Source: Sminthopsis crassicaudata
Taxonomy: Eukaryota
Length of the DNA: 64,000 nt
Direction of reading: 5' to 3'
Assembly: GCF_048593235.1 (NCBI RefSeq)
Contig: NC_133621.1
Location: 299,097,146-299,161,145, forward strand
Made by a program: the position numbers and the translations under genes. The notes beneath the pieces are model-generated. The model made no database searches, was not told the origin of the DNA, and saw nothing but the letters and a program-made list of their open reading frames with translations. Below are positions 13,558 to 24,736 of the stretch, piece by piece (the stretch's first letter is position 1; each line of letters starts with the position of its first letter).

Positions 13558-16500
13558 AAGTGATTTGGAATCAGAGAAGCGGACCCTCCTTCAGAGCTGC
13601 ACTGAGAATGACCTAGAGAAGATATTTCCTGGCAATAGAAAATAGAATTGGGTCTGCCTTACTAGTATTCAAGGAAACTTGGTAAACTTTGTCAATATTG
13701 ATGATCATTATTGATTCGATTTGGTATTTTGTTTCACTGAGTTTGTCTTTATGTTGAAATTTTCTTGATTACCTTAATGACATTTGTATCTCCTTCTCAA
13801 AATTAGTCCTTTGCATTCGCTCTAAGTAATTCAATCTATAGTTGGATTTAGATTCATATTATGAATTTACAAAAACTTATGGATATAAATTGTAGATAAG
13901 TAATAAAGGGGAGGAGTGGATTTGCTACTCCATCTCCAATCAGAAAAAAGGAGATTAGGCCAACAAGTGATTAATTCTGGGAATTGAGTGAAAGACACTA
14001 TCTTCGTACTCATTTCTGGAGCAAGGCCATTTTTCTTTCTGCTCAACTATGGGTCTAATACAAACTCTTTTGGGAGAAAACTTTTTTTCAGCTAAAAAAA
14101 ATTGGAAGAAAGCCTAAACGCATTGTTTGAACCTAGTCTTGGGATATTAGACCACCTCTTCCAGTCGCTTAGAGACCCTTAACTAGATTTCTAAGTTGGA
14201 TTAATCTGAAACCTGATCAGATCTAAATATTAATGCAAAGAGTTTTTCCACAATTAGACATTTCAAGCTATCTATGTCTTATCAGAAAAAATGATCCTGT
14301 GCTGATCATTTAGTTACTGTTTCCAAATGCTTTTAATTGTATAATGACACTGGAACATCTTGTTTTTCAGGTAAATGCACGTGTTGACTCTCTCCTCCCA
14401 GCTTGGAAAGTTGTTCATCTTTTCTCTAATTAGAAATCAGATTATTTAATTTTGTATTGTATCTTTTCATTAATTAGCTTCATTTGGTTGATTATTTTTC
14501 ACATCTAAAAAAATCTGTCTCTCACTCTTCTTGGGGTGCAACTCTAACATGAGGAAGGGGTCTGAGGTCCAGGTTTGTTGAGCAATTGCCAACAAATAAT
14601 ATAATCTATAATAAAATAATCTATAATCTTGGAAGACCTAGCCTTTGTGTCCTCAGTCATTTGATCTCTCACCCCTAACAACTACAAAGGGTTGGGTATA
14701 AGGATTATTATCTCCTTTTAATATAGGAAGAAACTGAGATTCAGAGTGGAGATATGACTTGCCCATGGGTTACAGACCTGGCATTACAAAAGGTGAGGAA
14801 GTATGGAGATGCCAGGATTGTGGAGGAGATGAAGGGGCTGAAATTAAGCTCAGAATGTGAGGTAGCTCAGGTTTGGGGGGGTTGGGAAGAGGGGAGCTGT
14901 GTCTATGCTGCCCTACTTAACTGTTGGGAGCTCCCTCTGTCTGGTAATCACGGTCTTTGTTCCTCCAACCTCTCCAAAGTTTAATGAATGATTCTATTGC
15001 CCTTGAGATAGATGGTGGGAGAAGGAATAGTCAGGGGTGTTGAGCTTGCAAATATAGAGGGGCTGTCCCACAGGAGAGGATCCTTCTCAGTCCTTCTCAG
15101 TCCCAGAAGAAAAATCAGGAGGAATTTGGGGAAAATGCAGAGGGACCTGTCTATTCAATCCAACAATGGGAGATGAACAGAAGTGGAGTTTCCCATGGTT
15201 GGAAGTCTTCAAAAGGGGCAGGGACCATGTGGGAGTGGGGGTGGGAATGTTCTGGGGAAAGATTTCATTTAAATAGATAGATGAGGTCTATTCTAAGTGC
15301 AGATTTTAGTATTCTGTTAAGGGATCTAACTGATCTGTGTTAAAATAGTATGTCTAGGGAACTCCCCGCTGAGCAAATCCTTCCCACGTGCAAAACATAA
15401 ATCATTTCTGAAACTTAGAGTCGTAGAGTAGAGATCCTTTGACTGGTTTGTGTCATTGACCCAGTGAGACAGTCTGATGAAGCCCTTCTGAGAAAAATGG
15501 GTTGTGTTTTAAAAATAAACAAACAAACAAACAAACAAACAAACAAATAAAAGAAATTGTCCATTTCAGTTAGAGTTCAGGGAAAATTAAAATTAAAATT
15601 CTTTTTTTCCTCTCCAAGTTCACATATCCTTTGGAACCAATCCATGGACTCTGGGGAGATCTGTAAACTCCAGGTTAAGACCTCATTCTTACACAGGGAC
15701 CTCAAAAACTGAGAAGTTAAGGGACTTGGGAGGTGGGATTTGCCAGCACTTCTTAATTTTGAGGGAATGGATCTCGATGCATTAGAATGTTCTCCTCTTT
15801 TATTTCCATTAGGATCCCAATTTACAGATGAGGAAATAAATAGAATCAGAATGGAAGTGACTTGTAGCTGTACATCTTGGTCTTCAGGAGAGGAAAAGGA
15901 AGAAAAGAGGGAGGATGAAGAAAATCATAGCCTTTCCTTTCCCTCAGGAGCCTCATTTTCTCTCTTGCCCTTTCTTGACCATCCTTCTTTGGCTTCATGA
16001 AAGCTCTGTCCTTGTATTTCTTTTCCATAAGAGGAAAGGCCTGCAGGTCTCCAAGGAGAGGCTGTCACAGTCACCCATCTCCTGGATGCCATTACCTGGC
16101 ACACCCAGGGACCCTGGTGGGGTATATAACCACTCCCTGTCTTGAGCTTTCTGAAAAAGCTCAGTCTGCCTCCCTGCAGCCTCATGATGCAGGCAGAGCA
16201 GGGAGTGATTGCTGAGAGCAGGCTCGGCCTTATACCACTTACCAGCCTTTCTCTCCTTAGAGACAGGGGGCTCAATGAGGCAGGAGACACTCAGAGCCCC
16301 CTGGGGAGCTGTCCAAAGACATGGGAGAGACTGGCTGATCCCTCGTCCCAGATTCCATGCCGATTCCATGCCCTCCTGCCACCCATCTCACTGTTCAGTG
16401 AACTTCCTCAAACCTAAGTCATTAACCGGTGATCTTGGGTAAATTATTCTCATCTCTGCCTCTCAGTTTCCCTACTTGACCATTTAACCACGCCATGCGG

Positions 16501-17134
16501 TGGAAAGGGCACTGGCCTTGGGGTCAAAGGACCTGGGGACCAAGCGTGGCTCAGCTCCTCGCTGCCCAGGTGACCCCAAGCTCTCTGTCTCCCCAGTGTT
16601 TAAGAAACCAATAGTTTCCACTTTGGGCCATGCCTGCTTAGGATTCCCCCCTTCGGATGGACTCTTTGGGGGCCAAGGGGCGACTCCCAGCCAGACCAGA
16701 GCCCGGCCATCCATCTAGAGGGCGGCCCCGGCCCCTCCCCGCCACCATCGGATTCTTGTTCATTCGCAAAGCGCTTTTCCACTGTCCCCCCAGTCTCTCC
16801 CACTCCCCACAAGCCCCTTTCCCAGAGGGCAGTATTCAGGGTTTGGATGGGGGAAGAAAAGCGGAGCGTGATGTGGAGGGGCGTGACCCCCTTGATTGCC
16901 TCCCCTCCGAGAAAGGCTTCACGTTTTCCATCCGTCCCCGCCCCCCGAGACACTCCCTCTCCCCTGGATTGGCGAAAAGGGCCAGAAGGGAGGGCCGGGG
17001 GAAGCCCAGACAGCAGCAGTCTATTAGAAGGTCCGACACCTCCCAGAGTTCCGCTCCCGAGGTCGGAGGTGCACGTCGAACTTGGGGGAGCAGCGATCCC
17101 TGGAGAATCGCAGGAGCATTTCTCATCCTCCGCC

Positions 17135-19867
17135 ATGGCTAGGGTATAGGCAGAGGGCAATCGAGTCCGGGGCGTGAGCTGAAGGCCTAGAAGGGGGGAT
17201 TCCCCGGGGCTGGGAAGGGTGTGTTGGAGGGGGGCTGGGAATGGCCGAAGCATCGCCTCCCCCGGGGGCCTGGGGCCCCCGGCTCTTCTTCCCCTCTGCC
17301 TTGTCCCCCTACTCCCCAATGACCTCCCCTTGGAACTTGTCTTTGACAAGCCGGTACGTCCAGGCAGATGCTGGGGAGACGTGAGCAAGCGGAAAGGAGC
17401 AATCGGCTGGATTAGGGGGGCAGCGAATCCTTTCCTTGAGGGAAGAAGAAAAGGCAAGGGGGGATTGTGGGATGGGAGGACGGGAGACTTGGAGCGGGGA
17501 TCGCACTGTCTGCAGTGAGTTAAGGGCAACCCAGCCGTGGCTGAAGTCTGGGAAGGAAGGATGCTAGAGAAGAGAGAAGGGGTGGGGCAGGGGACACGTG
17601 ATTCCTCAGAGTCTTCCGATTTCCAGCCCGGGTCCCTTTAAAAAACACGAACGAATGAATCTCACCAATAAACTTCTTACCTTTATTTCAGGAAACCAGC
17701 TCATAAGAGTCCCTTCATCCTGTCCCCAATTATTCTCCATTTAGAACATGGAGGGACCACACAGCGGGGCTGCCCTTCCCCCAAAGGGCGGGGGAGCAGG
17801 ACAAGCCAAGTTTCTTGACCTTAGTCTTTGTGCCAAGGTCACCTCTGATTCCCCATCCTTCCCTTGCCAACTCCCTTGCTCCTGGGAATGGCTGGATCTT
17901 GTTTGGGACCAAGGCTTAGCTCTAGAGAAAACTCCTGAAAACTTTCCTGGGGAGGATTTCCATCCCTACTTAATAACATGAGCAGAATCCTGGGAGAATG
18001 AGGAAGCGGGCAGAGCAGTTGCTGGGGTATGTGGGGAAGACATGGGTGACCTAGCTACCATAGAGATTCCCCATTGAGAGAATCCCCAAGATTCTCCTTG
18101 ATTGGCTCCCCCTCCAAGATACTGTATTTCCAAACCTGAGGGTAGAACCACTCTCCTCCCTTCCCTCTCCACTTTGTCCAACTGCCAAGATACATGCCAT
18201 GCCAACCGAAGATGGCACTGGGGCAGCCAGTGGAACCCAGAGAGCGTGGGCACCTGGCACCCAGGAAAAACTTTCATTTCAGTTCAGATTCTGTTGCTCA
18301 CGTGTATCACCTGGCACAGGTTACTTCTTGATTCTCAGTTTCCTGAGGTGTAAAATGTGTAAAAAACCAATCATCTAGGCTACTTCTTCACTGACCAGAT
18401 AAAGAAACTGGGGCCCAGAGACAGGAAGGGGCTTCTCCAAGGCCACAGAGCTGGGAATCACTAACTAGCCTGCAGACAATCTGATTTCCCAGAACGTCCA
18501 TGGAGGGTGGAACTTCCCCAACTTAAACCTCTGGGTCCCCTCAGGAACCAGCCAGCCCTAACCTTGCTGTGCTTGGTCTCTTCAGGAAATGGTTGCCTAT
18601 AAGATGTCCCTCCAATATGGAGCCTGCATAAAAGTAGTGGGAGATGTTCCATCTGATGCCAAGCAGTAAGTCACACTTGGGAAGCATGAGACAAAATTTA
18701 ACCCTGGGTGAGAGCTGAGTCCTTTATTCCCCTGCTTGCACTTGATCCTTGATTAGAAAGCACCAAGATGTTTTTGCTTCAGCCACAGAAGGCTGGGCTA
18801 GGATTCAGGATCAGGAAAAACTTCCCAACAAAAGCTTCTCCAATAGATGACATGGAAAGTTTGGGTAGGAAGTGAATTCCCTGTCTCTGGAAGGAGTACA
18901 GTATGTCCCATGGTTCCTTGTTAGACAGGAGGGGAGAGGAATGGGCTCAGGAATGGATGAGGTTCCCTTTGGACGTCTTCTAGCTCAGGGCTTCCTTTAA
19001 TGGGGAATTTCCAAGGCCCTGGGACCCATTCTAATGATAGAGGTATGTTCCCCATTCCCAGGTGTATGGTTAACCTGGGCAAAGATGAATTTAACATTGC
19101 CCTGCACTTCAACCCACGCTTCAACCATCAAAATATCATCAAGAAGATCATCTGCAACTCCAGGAGTGATGGCATATGGGGCAAAGAAATACAGGAACAC
19201 AACTTCCCTTTTGTACCAGGGACTTCGATGGAGGTAAGGCCCCAGAATCAGAGCATGGAATGTCAGAAGAACTCAAGAGATAATCTCATTCACACTTGCA
19301 TTTGACAGCAAAGTCGTGGAAGTGAACTCTGTCTGATAGGGGAAAAGATGAAAAGCTAAAGGGCAAAAGGGTCAATGGGTTCCCAAAGATTAATAGCCCA
19401 GAATCCCTTGAGCTGAAGAGAAGTTGGGGAAAATGGAAGGGAATTGTGAAGGGCTGTGGTGCCAATGGGATAAGAAGAGACTCTGGGGTATGTCAGGACA
19501 CATAACAGAACTATAGAATTAGATCTGAAAAAACCTCATGCACCATCTGGTGTTACTCCTTCATTTTACAGAGGAGGAAACAGGTTAGAAATGGAGAAAT
19601 GCCTTGCCCAAGATTTCACAGTGTCTTGTAGTGAGTGTCTTGAGCTGGAATTTGATCCAAGTCTTCCTGTCTCCAAGCCCAAGGTTCTCTGTTCACCTCC
19701 TTCTGCCTCTCCTCATTCAGATTTCCATAACCTTTGAAGCACATGGTTTTAAACTGAGGCTGCCCAATGGTTTTGAGTTCACTTTCCCTAATCGTCTTAA
19801 GTTACGCACCCTCAACTACTTGGAAATTGGTCATGATATCCTGATCAGATCAGTGACCTTCAAATGA
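17135..19867 (+). CDS. Galectin-1-like paralog C, 135 aa, intact. Exons 17135-17143, 18586-18665, 19062-19233, 19721-19867. MAREMVAYKMSLQYGACIKVVGDVPSDAKQCMVNLGKDEFNIALHFNPRFNHQNIIKKIICNSRSDGIWGKEIQEHNFPFVPGTSMEISITFEAHGFKLRLPNGFEFTFPNRLKLRTLNYLEIGHDILIRSVTFK
   Basis: GT-AG introns, 9/80/172/147 nt exons, and LHFNPRFN, CNS, WG.E, FPNRL galectin-1 motifs. AATAAA at 19922-19927; TATA-like TATTAGAA at 17022-17029. Confidence 0.93.
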
Positions 19868-21758
19868 GCCCTCCAATCAAGCGGACTTCAGACATTTTTG
19901 ACTCTTGGGACTCTCATGACTAATAAATATGCTGATGGAGATAACAGCTGACATTGTCTGTTTTTCTAATCTTGGAGAGAGAGGGCTGGGTTTGGCGTTT
20001 GGGAAGGATGGCTTTGTGATCCTGGACAAGTACCTTTACCTCAATGGTTCTTTGCTGGCTTTCTAGGACAATGGTTCTCTACTTGAGATAGATTTTGAAT
20101 GGGGAAAAAATTACATCGTCATTGTCAGTAACCTCTAGTCTTCTGAGTATTCCTCAACGTTTTTTAATATATACCTATATTTTTAAAATACATTTTTAAA
20201 ACATTATAATTGGGGAGAGGAGCGATGAAAGGGACGGCAGAATTTAATACTCAGAATTTTTTAATGAATATTAAGGACATTTAAAAACAAAGCATTCACA
20301 AAATGAATTAAGATTTTAGGATGATCCAGAAGGGGACCCTTCTAAATGTACCCAATTTCCCTATCCTTCACACTACTCCAGGAACTTGGAACTGATTAAA
20401 TTTAAATTTCTGTATATTTATCCATGGGCTGAATTATTCTTGGAGGCGAAAGCTTTCCTCAGGATTTTCCTGACCATATTCATCTGCCCAGTGTGTAACC
20501 TACAGCTTTCACTCCATTCATTCCAAATATTGGAAAATCCTGGAAAGGGAGAGATTTGAAAGAATCAGATGGGATTGATTAGAATCCTATGTGAAAGTGG
20601 AATAGTGGGCAAAGACACCAGATTTCAGGTCTGCAAAACATTCTGAAGGTTGATTCAGTCTTAGGGGGAATTCAAAGGGCCATCCTAAGGAGACTGGGCA
20701 GATCCCCAGACAGGTCATCCAATCCCTTTTTCAGAGAGAGCTTATGCCTTTGATTAGATAGAAGAGATGACTAGAACCAATCAGAGAGCCCAGACTGGGG
20801 AGGGACAAATCTACCATAGAAGAATGGGTATTGTCCCAGACTCACTGGGCTTGCTCTGTCTCATCCTTTGAGGAAGGACAAAGTAGGAGAGGCACATCTC
20901 CTCCAGCTGTGTGACCTAGGGATGTTACATCATTCCACAAATGCAAAATGGGGATCATGTCCCATTTCGGGGGGCAGGTTCCCAAAAGTGCCTCCTTCCC
21001 CAGTTAGTTGTGGTCCTTCTTTCTTGAAGAGGGCCCACTATGTTGAGGTCAAAGTACATTGTGTCCAGATGTGGCTGAATATATCCTAAGAAACTTGGAA
21101 GGCGCAAGTAATCTATATGACCAAGTCCTATTTCTAGAGAGAATTCTAGTCTACAGAATGTTTCCCTCTAAAACACTCTATTTTCCCATTTTGAAATCTC
21201 TTTGACCATTTTTAACGACTGAAGAGTTTGTTTTATAAGTCAGACCTTCATGATTTTATTTTAGATCTTTAAATATCAGGTGCATAATTTAGGTAAAGAA
21301 AGAAATAGCAAGTGAGATAAAAACTGAAATTCTCTGAAGTTTCAAAATTGGAGAAAAATTAAGACATTGTACTAAATTGTATGAAGTTTTGTTATTGGTA
21401 AATTTTAACAGCATTATTTAGGAGCCTTTAACAGGCGATTGGAATCAGAGAAACAGAGCCTCTTTCAGAACTGCACCCAGAATGAGACCTCTTCCAGAAT
21501 GTCCAAGAGAAGATAATTATACCTTTCAAGCCATCTACATATCTTTCCTGAAAATTAGCTATATACTGTTCAAATTTCACTCATTGTTTCCACCTTCCTT
21601 TTATTATATAAAGACACTTGTGGGGAGAAAAACAACTCTTATTTTAAATTCAGGAATTTTTGGGGAGAAAAACAACTCTTATTTTAAATTCAGGAATTTT
21701 GATTGTCCCCCTTCCTAGTTGGAAAGTTCCTAATTTTTCTTCCAATTAAAAATCAGAT

Positions 21759-21888
21759 GGGGGCAGCTAGGTGGCGCAGTGGATGGAGCACCAGCCCTGA
21801 ATTCAGGAGGACCCGAGTTCAAATTTGGTCTCAGACACTTAACACTTCCTAGCTCTGTGACCCTGGGGAAGTCACTTAACCCCAGCCT

Positions 21889-21924
<36 letters not shown>
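21759..21924 (+). mobile_element. Young marsupial CORE-SINE (WSINE1-like)
   Basis: tRNA-like head ggggcagctaggtggcgcagtgg with A/B boxes, long poly(A), TSD AAAAATCAGAT. Confidence 0.9.
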
Positions 21925-21927
<3 letters not shown>

Positions 21928-23006
21928 GATCACCTAACTTTGAATTATTTTCATGTATAAAAATCTCTCTGCCCCTATATTTGAGATTCAGCCCTAAGAT
22001 GAGGAAGGGGTCTGGTCCTGGTTTGTTGGGCAATAGTCAGATGCTACTTGATATATAAATAAGCTTGACAGACCAAGCCTTTGTCTCTTTAATCATTTAA
22101 TCTTTTACCCATAATAACCAGGAAGGAGTTGGTATAAAGACTGTTATCTCTTTTTAATAAAGAAGGAAACTGAGATTCAGACTGGAGATAAGACTTTGCC
22201 ATAGTCCCACAGCTGGCAGTGCAGAGCGTAGAAGGGTAAGTGCTGGGATTGAAGGGACTAGAGTCAGGCTCAGGATATGAGGCACCCGAGGTTGGTGAGG
22301 GGCTTGGGAAGAGAGGAGCAATGTCTGTTGTGCCCCACTCACTCCTGTGAGCTCCCTCTGCCTAGTGATCATGGCTTTTGTTTTTCCAACCTCTCCAAGA
22401 TTTCATGAGTCATTCATTCCCTTGCCTTTGAGATAGATGGTAGGAGAAGGAATAGTCAGGTGTGTTGGACTTGAGTACTTGAGCCTTGTCTGACAATACA
22501 GAGGGACTGCCCTACAGGAGAAGATTTAGCCTTGTCCCAGAGAATCAGGAGGGAGTTAAGAAAGGCACAGAAGGAACTGTCCATTCAGTTCATTAATGGA
22601 AGCTGAACAGAAGTGGAAACCATTGATAGAATGAAAGGAATAAGTTTCTCATTGTTAGAGATTCTCTAAGGGCCCTTAGTGACCATGCTGGGAGGATATT
22701 TCAGAGGAAGATTTTATTTAAATAGATGCATGAGATGCCTTCCAAATGGTGATTTGATGACCAAATCTGTGATGACATTTTGCATATAGGGAACTTCAGA
22801 CAAGCAAACTTCCTCCCCCTCAAAAACAAGTCAATATTGTCTCTGAAACATAGAGTATCAGAGCAGTTCTTTGACTGATTTGTGTCATTGACACCACTCC
22901 GGCATTCTGGCGAAGGCTTTCTGAGAAAAATGTAGTGTTTGATGTTTTAGAGCAGGAAAAGGAGATTTCTATTAGAGTTCAGTGAAAATAAAGATGTAAT
23001 TTCTTA

Positions 23007-23153
23007 GGGGCAGCTAGGTGGCGCAATGGATAGAGCACCAGCCTTGAATTCATTGAGTTCAAATTTGATCTCAGACACTTAACACTTCCTAGCTGTGTGA
23101 CCCTGGGCAAGTCACTTAACCCCAGCCTCAAAAAATAAAAAATAAAAAATAAA
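23007..23153 (+). mobile_element. WSINE1-like SINE, 7-nt internal deletion variant
   Basis: gaattcattgagttc in place of gaattcaggaggacccgagttc; TSD-like TAATTTCTT. Confidence 0.88.
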
Positions 23154-23417
23154 GGTAATTTCTTTTTTTCCTCTCCAAGTTCAAAATCCCTTAGAATCTA
23201 TCCATGGAAACTGAGCAGATCCATAAATTCCAGATTAAGAATCTCTATTTAGAGGGTTACCTCAAGAACTGAGAAGTTAAGGGACTTGGGAGGTGGGATT
23301 TGCCAGCACTTCTTGACTTTGAGGGAGTGGACTCTGTCCACTAAGATGCTTTACTTTTCTTTCCATCAGGATCCCAATTTACAGATGAAGAAACAGAGCA
23401 TCTGAGAAGACAAGTGA

Positions 23418-23548
23418 GGGGGCAGCTAGGTGGCGCAGTGGATAGAGCACCAGCCCTGAATTCAGAAGGACCAGAGTTCAAAGCTGGTCTCAGACACTTA
23501 ACACTTCCTAGCTGTGTGACAGTGGGCAAGTCACTTAACCCCAGCCTC

Positions 23549-23576
<28 letters not shown>
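23418..23576 (+). mobile_element. Young WSINE1-like SINE
   Basis: Full head, poly(A), 13-bp TSD AGAAGACAAGTGA. Confidence 0.9.
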
Positions 23577-23586
<10 letters not shown>

Positions 23587-24736
23587 TGACTTGTAGCTGT
23601 AGGTCCTCACCTTCAGGTAAGCTCGGAGGTTTCTAACCTCTGACCTCACATCTCTGTGTCACTGGAGTTCAAGGTCAGGAGAAATGTCTGTGGGAGGCTG
23701 TATCACAGGCCACGTAGAACCTCTATCTTGGGTCTCATTGTCTGGCAGCACCCAGGAGTATCTGCCCCTCTCTTCCTTGGGCTGGCAGGAAGGGCTTTCT
23801 GAAGAAACCTCCGCCTCCCTCCCTTCAGTCTCATCCTGCAGGCAGAGCAAGAAGAGCTTTCTGACAGCAGGATCAGCATTGGGCCCCTTGCTAGACTTCC
23901 TCTCCTTACAACTAAAGATACCGGGATCTCCACAGAGCTTAGTAAGGCTGGGGACACTTACAGGCCCCTGGGGAGCTGTCCAAACCAGTAGTCACTGACC
24001 CTCATACAGACGGAGAGCAAGCTGACTCCATGGCCTCCTCCCACCCACATTCGTTTTCAAGGAACCACCACATACTCAGGAGGCCACAATCTTAGGTAAG
24101 TTACTCTCTACACTGTGCCTCAGTTTCCCTATTTGTAAAACATGTCAATTTAACCGTGTGATATGGTGAAAAGAGCACTGGCCTTGGGGTCAGAGGAGCT
24201 GGGTACAAGTTCTGGCTCAGCTCAAGCGACCCAAAAGTTCCCACGTTATGTCGTCTGTGATTAGAGTTCCCCCCTGGACTCTTTGCAGGTCGGGGGGCCC
24301 ACTCTCAGCCAGACCAGAGCCCGGCCCCCGGCCCCTCCCCGCCACCATCGGATTCTTGTTCATTCGCAAAGCGCTTTTCCACTGTCCCCCCAGTCTCTCC
24401 TACTCCCCACAAGCCCCTTTCCCAGAGGGCAGTATTCAGGGTTTGGATGGGGGAAGAAAAGCGGAGCGTGATGTGGGGGGGGCGTGACCCCCTTGATTGC
24501 CTCCCCTCCGAGAAAGACGTCCAAATTTCCATCCGTCCCCGCCCCCCGAGACACTCCCTCTCCCCTGGATTGGCGAAAAGGGCCAGAAGGGAGGGCCGGG
24601 GGAAGCCCAGAGAGCAGCAGTCTATTAGAAGGTCCGACACCTCCCAGAGTTCCGCTCCCGAGGTCGGAGGTGCACGTCGAACTTGGGGGACGCAGCGATC
24701 CCTGGAGAATCGCAGGAGCATTTCTCATCCTCCGCC

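Noticed and set aside
16600-17529. 309-aa minus-strand ORF, plus related ORFs at 24305-25059
   Set aside because: Antisense to the GC-rich promoter and exon 1 of C/D. The frame is not kept in the near-identical D copy or in B, the composition is low-complexity and no domain is recognisable.
4793-20500. Recurring peptide RNLE.NKFKFL...AFLR in three units, suggesting a second gene per unit
   Set aside because: No consistent start or splice sites, differences mostly amino-acid-changing, and the copies at about 37380 and 43280 have stops or deletions. Kept only as a non-coding module.
21621-21700. Perfect 40-bp tandem duplication
   Set aside because: Ordinary slippage event in intergenic DNA with no functional signal.
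21759-21830. tRNA gene
   Set aside because: tRNA-derived SINE head followed by CORE body, poly(A) and TSD.
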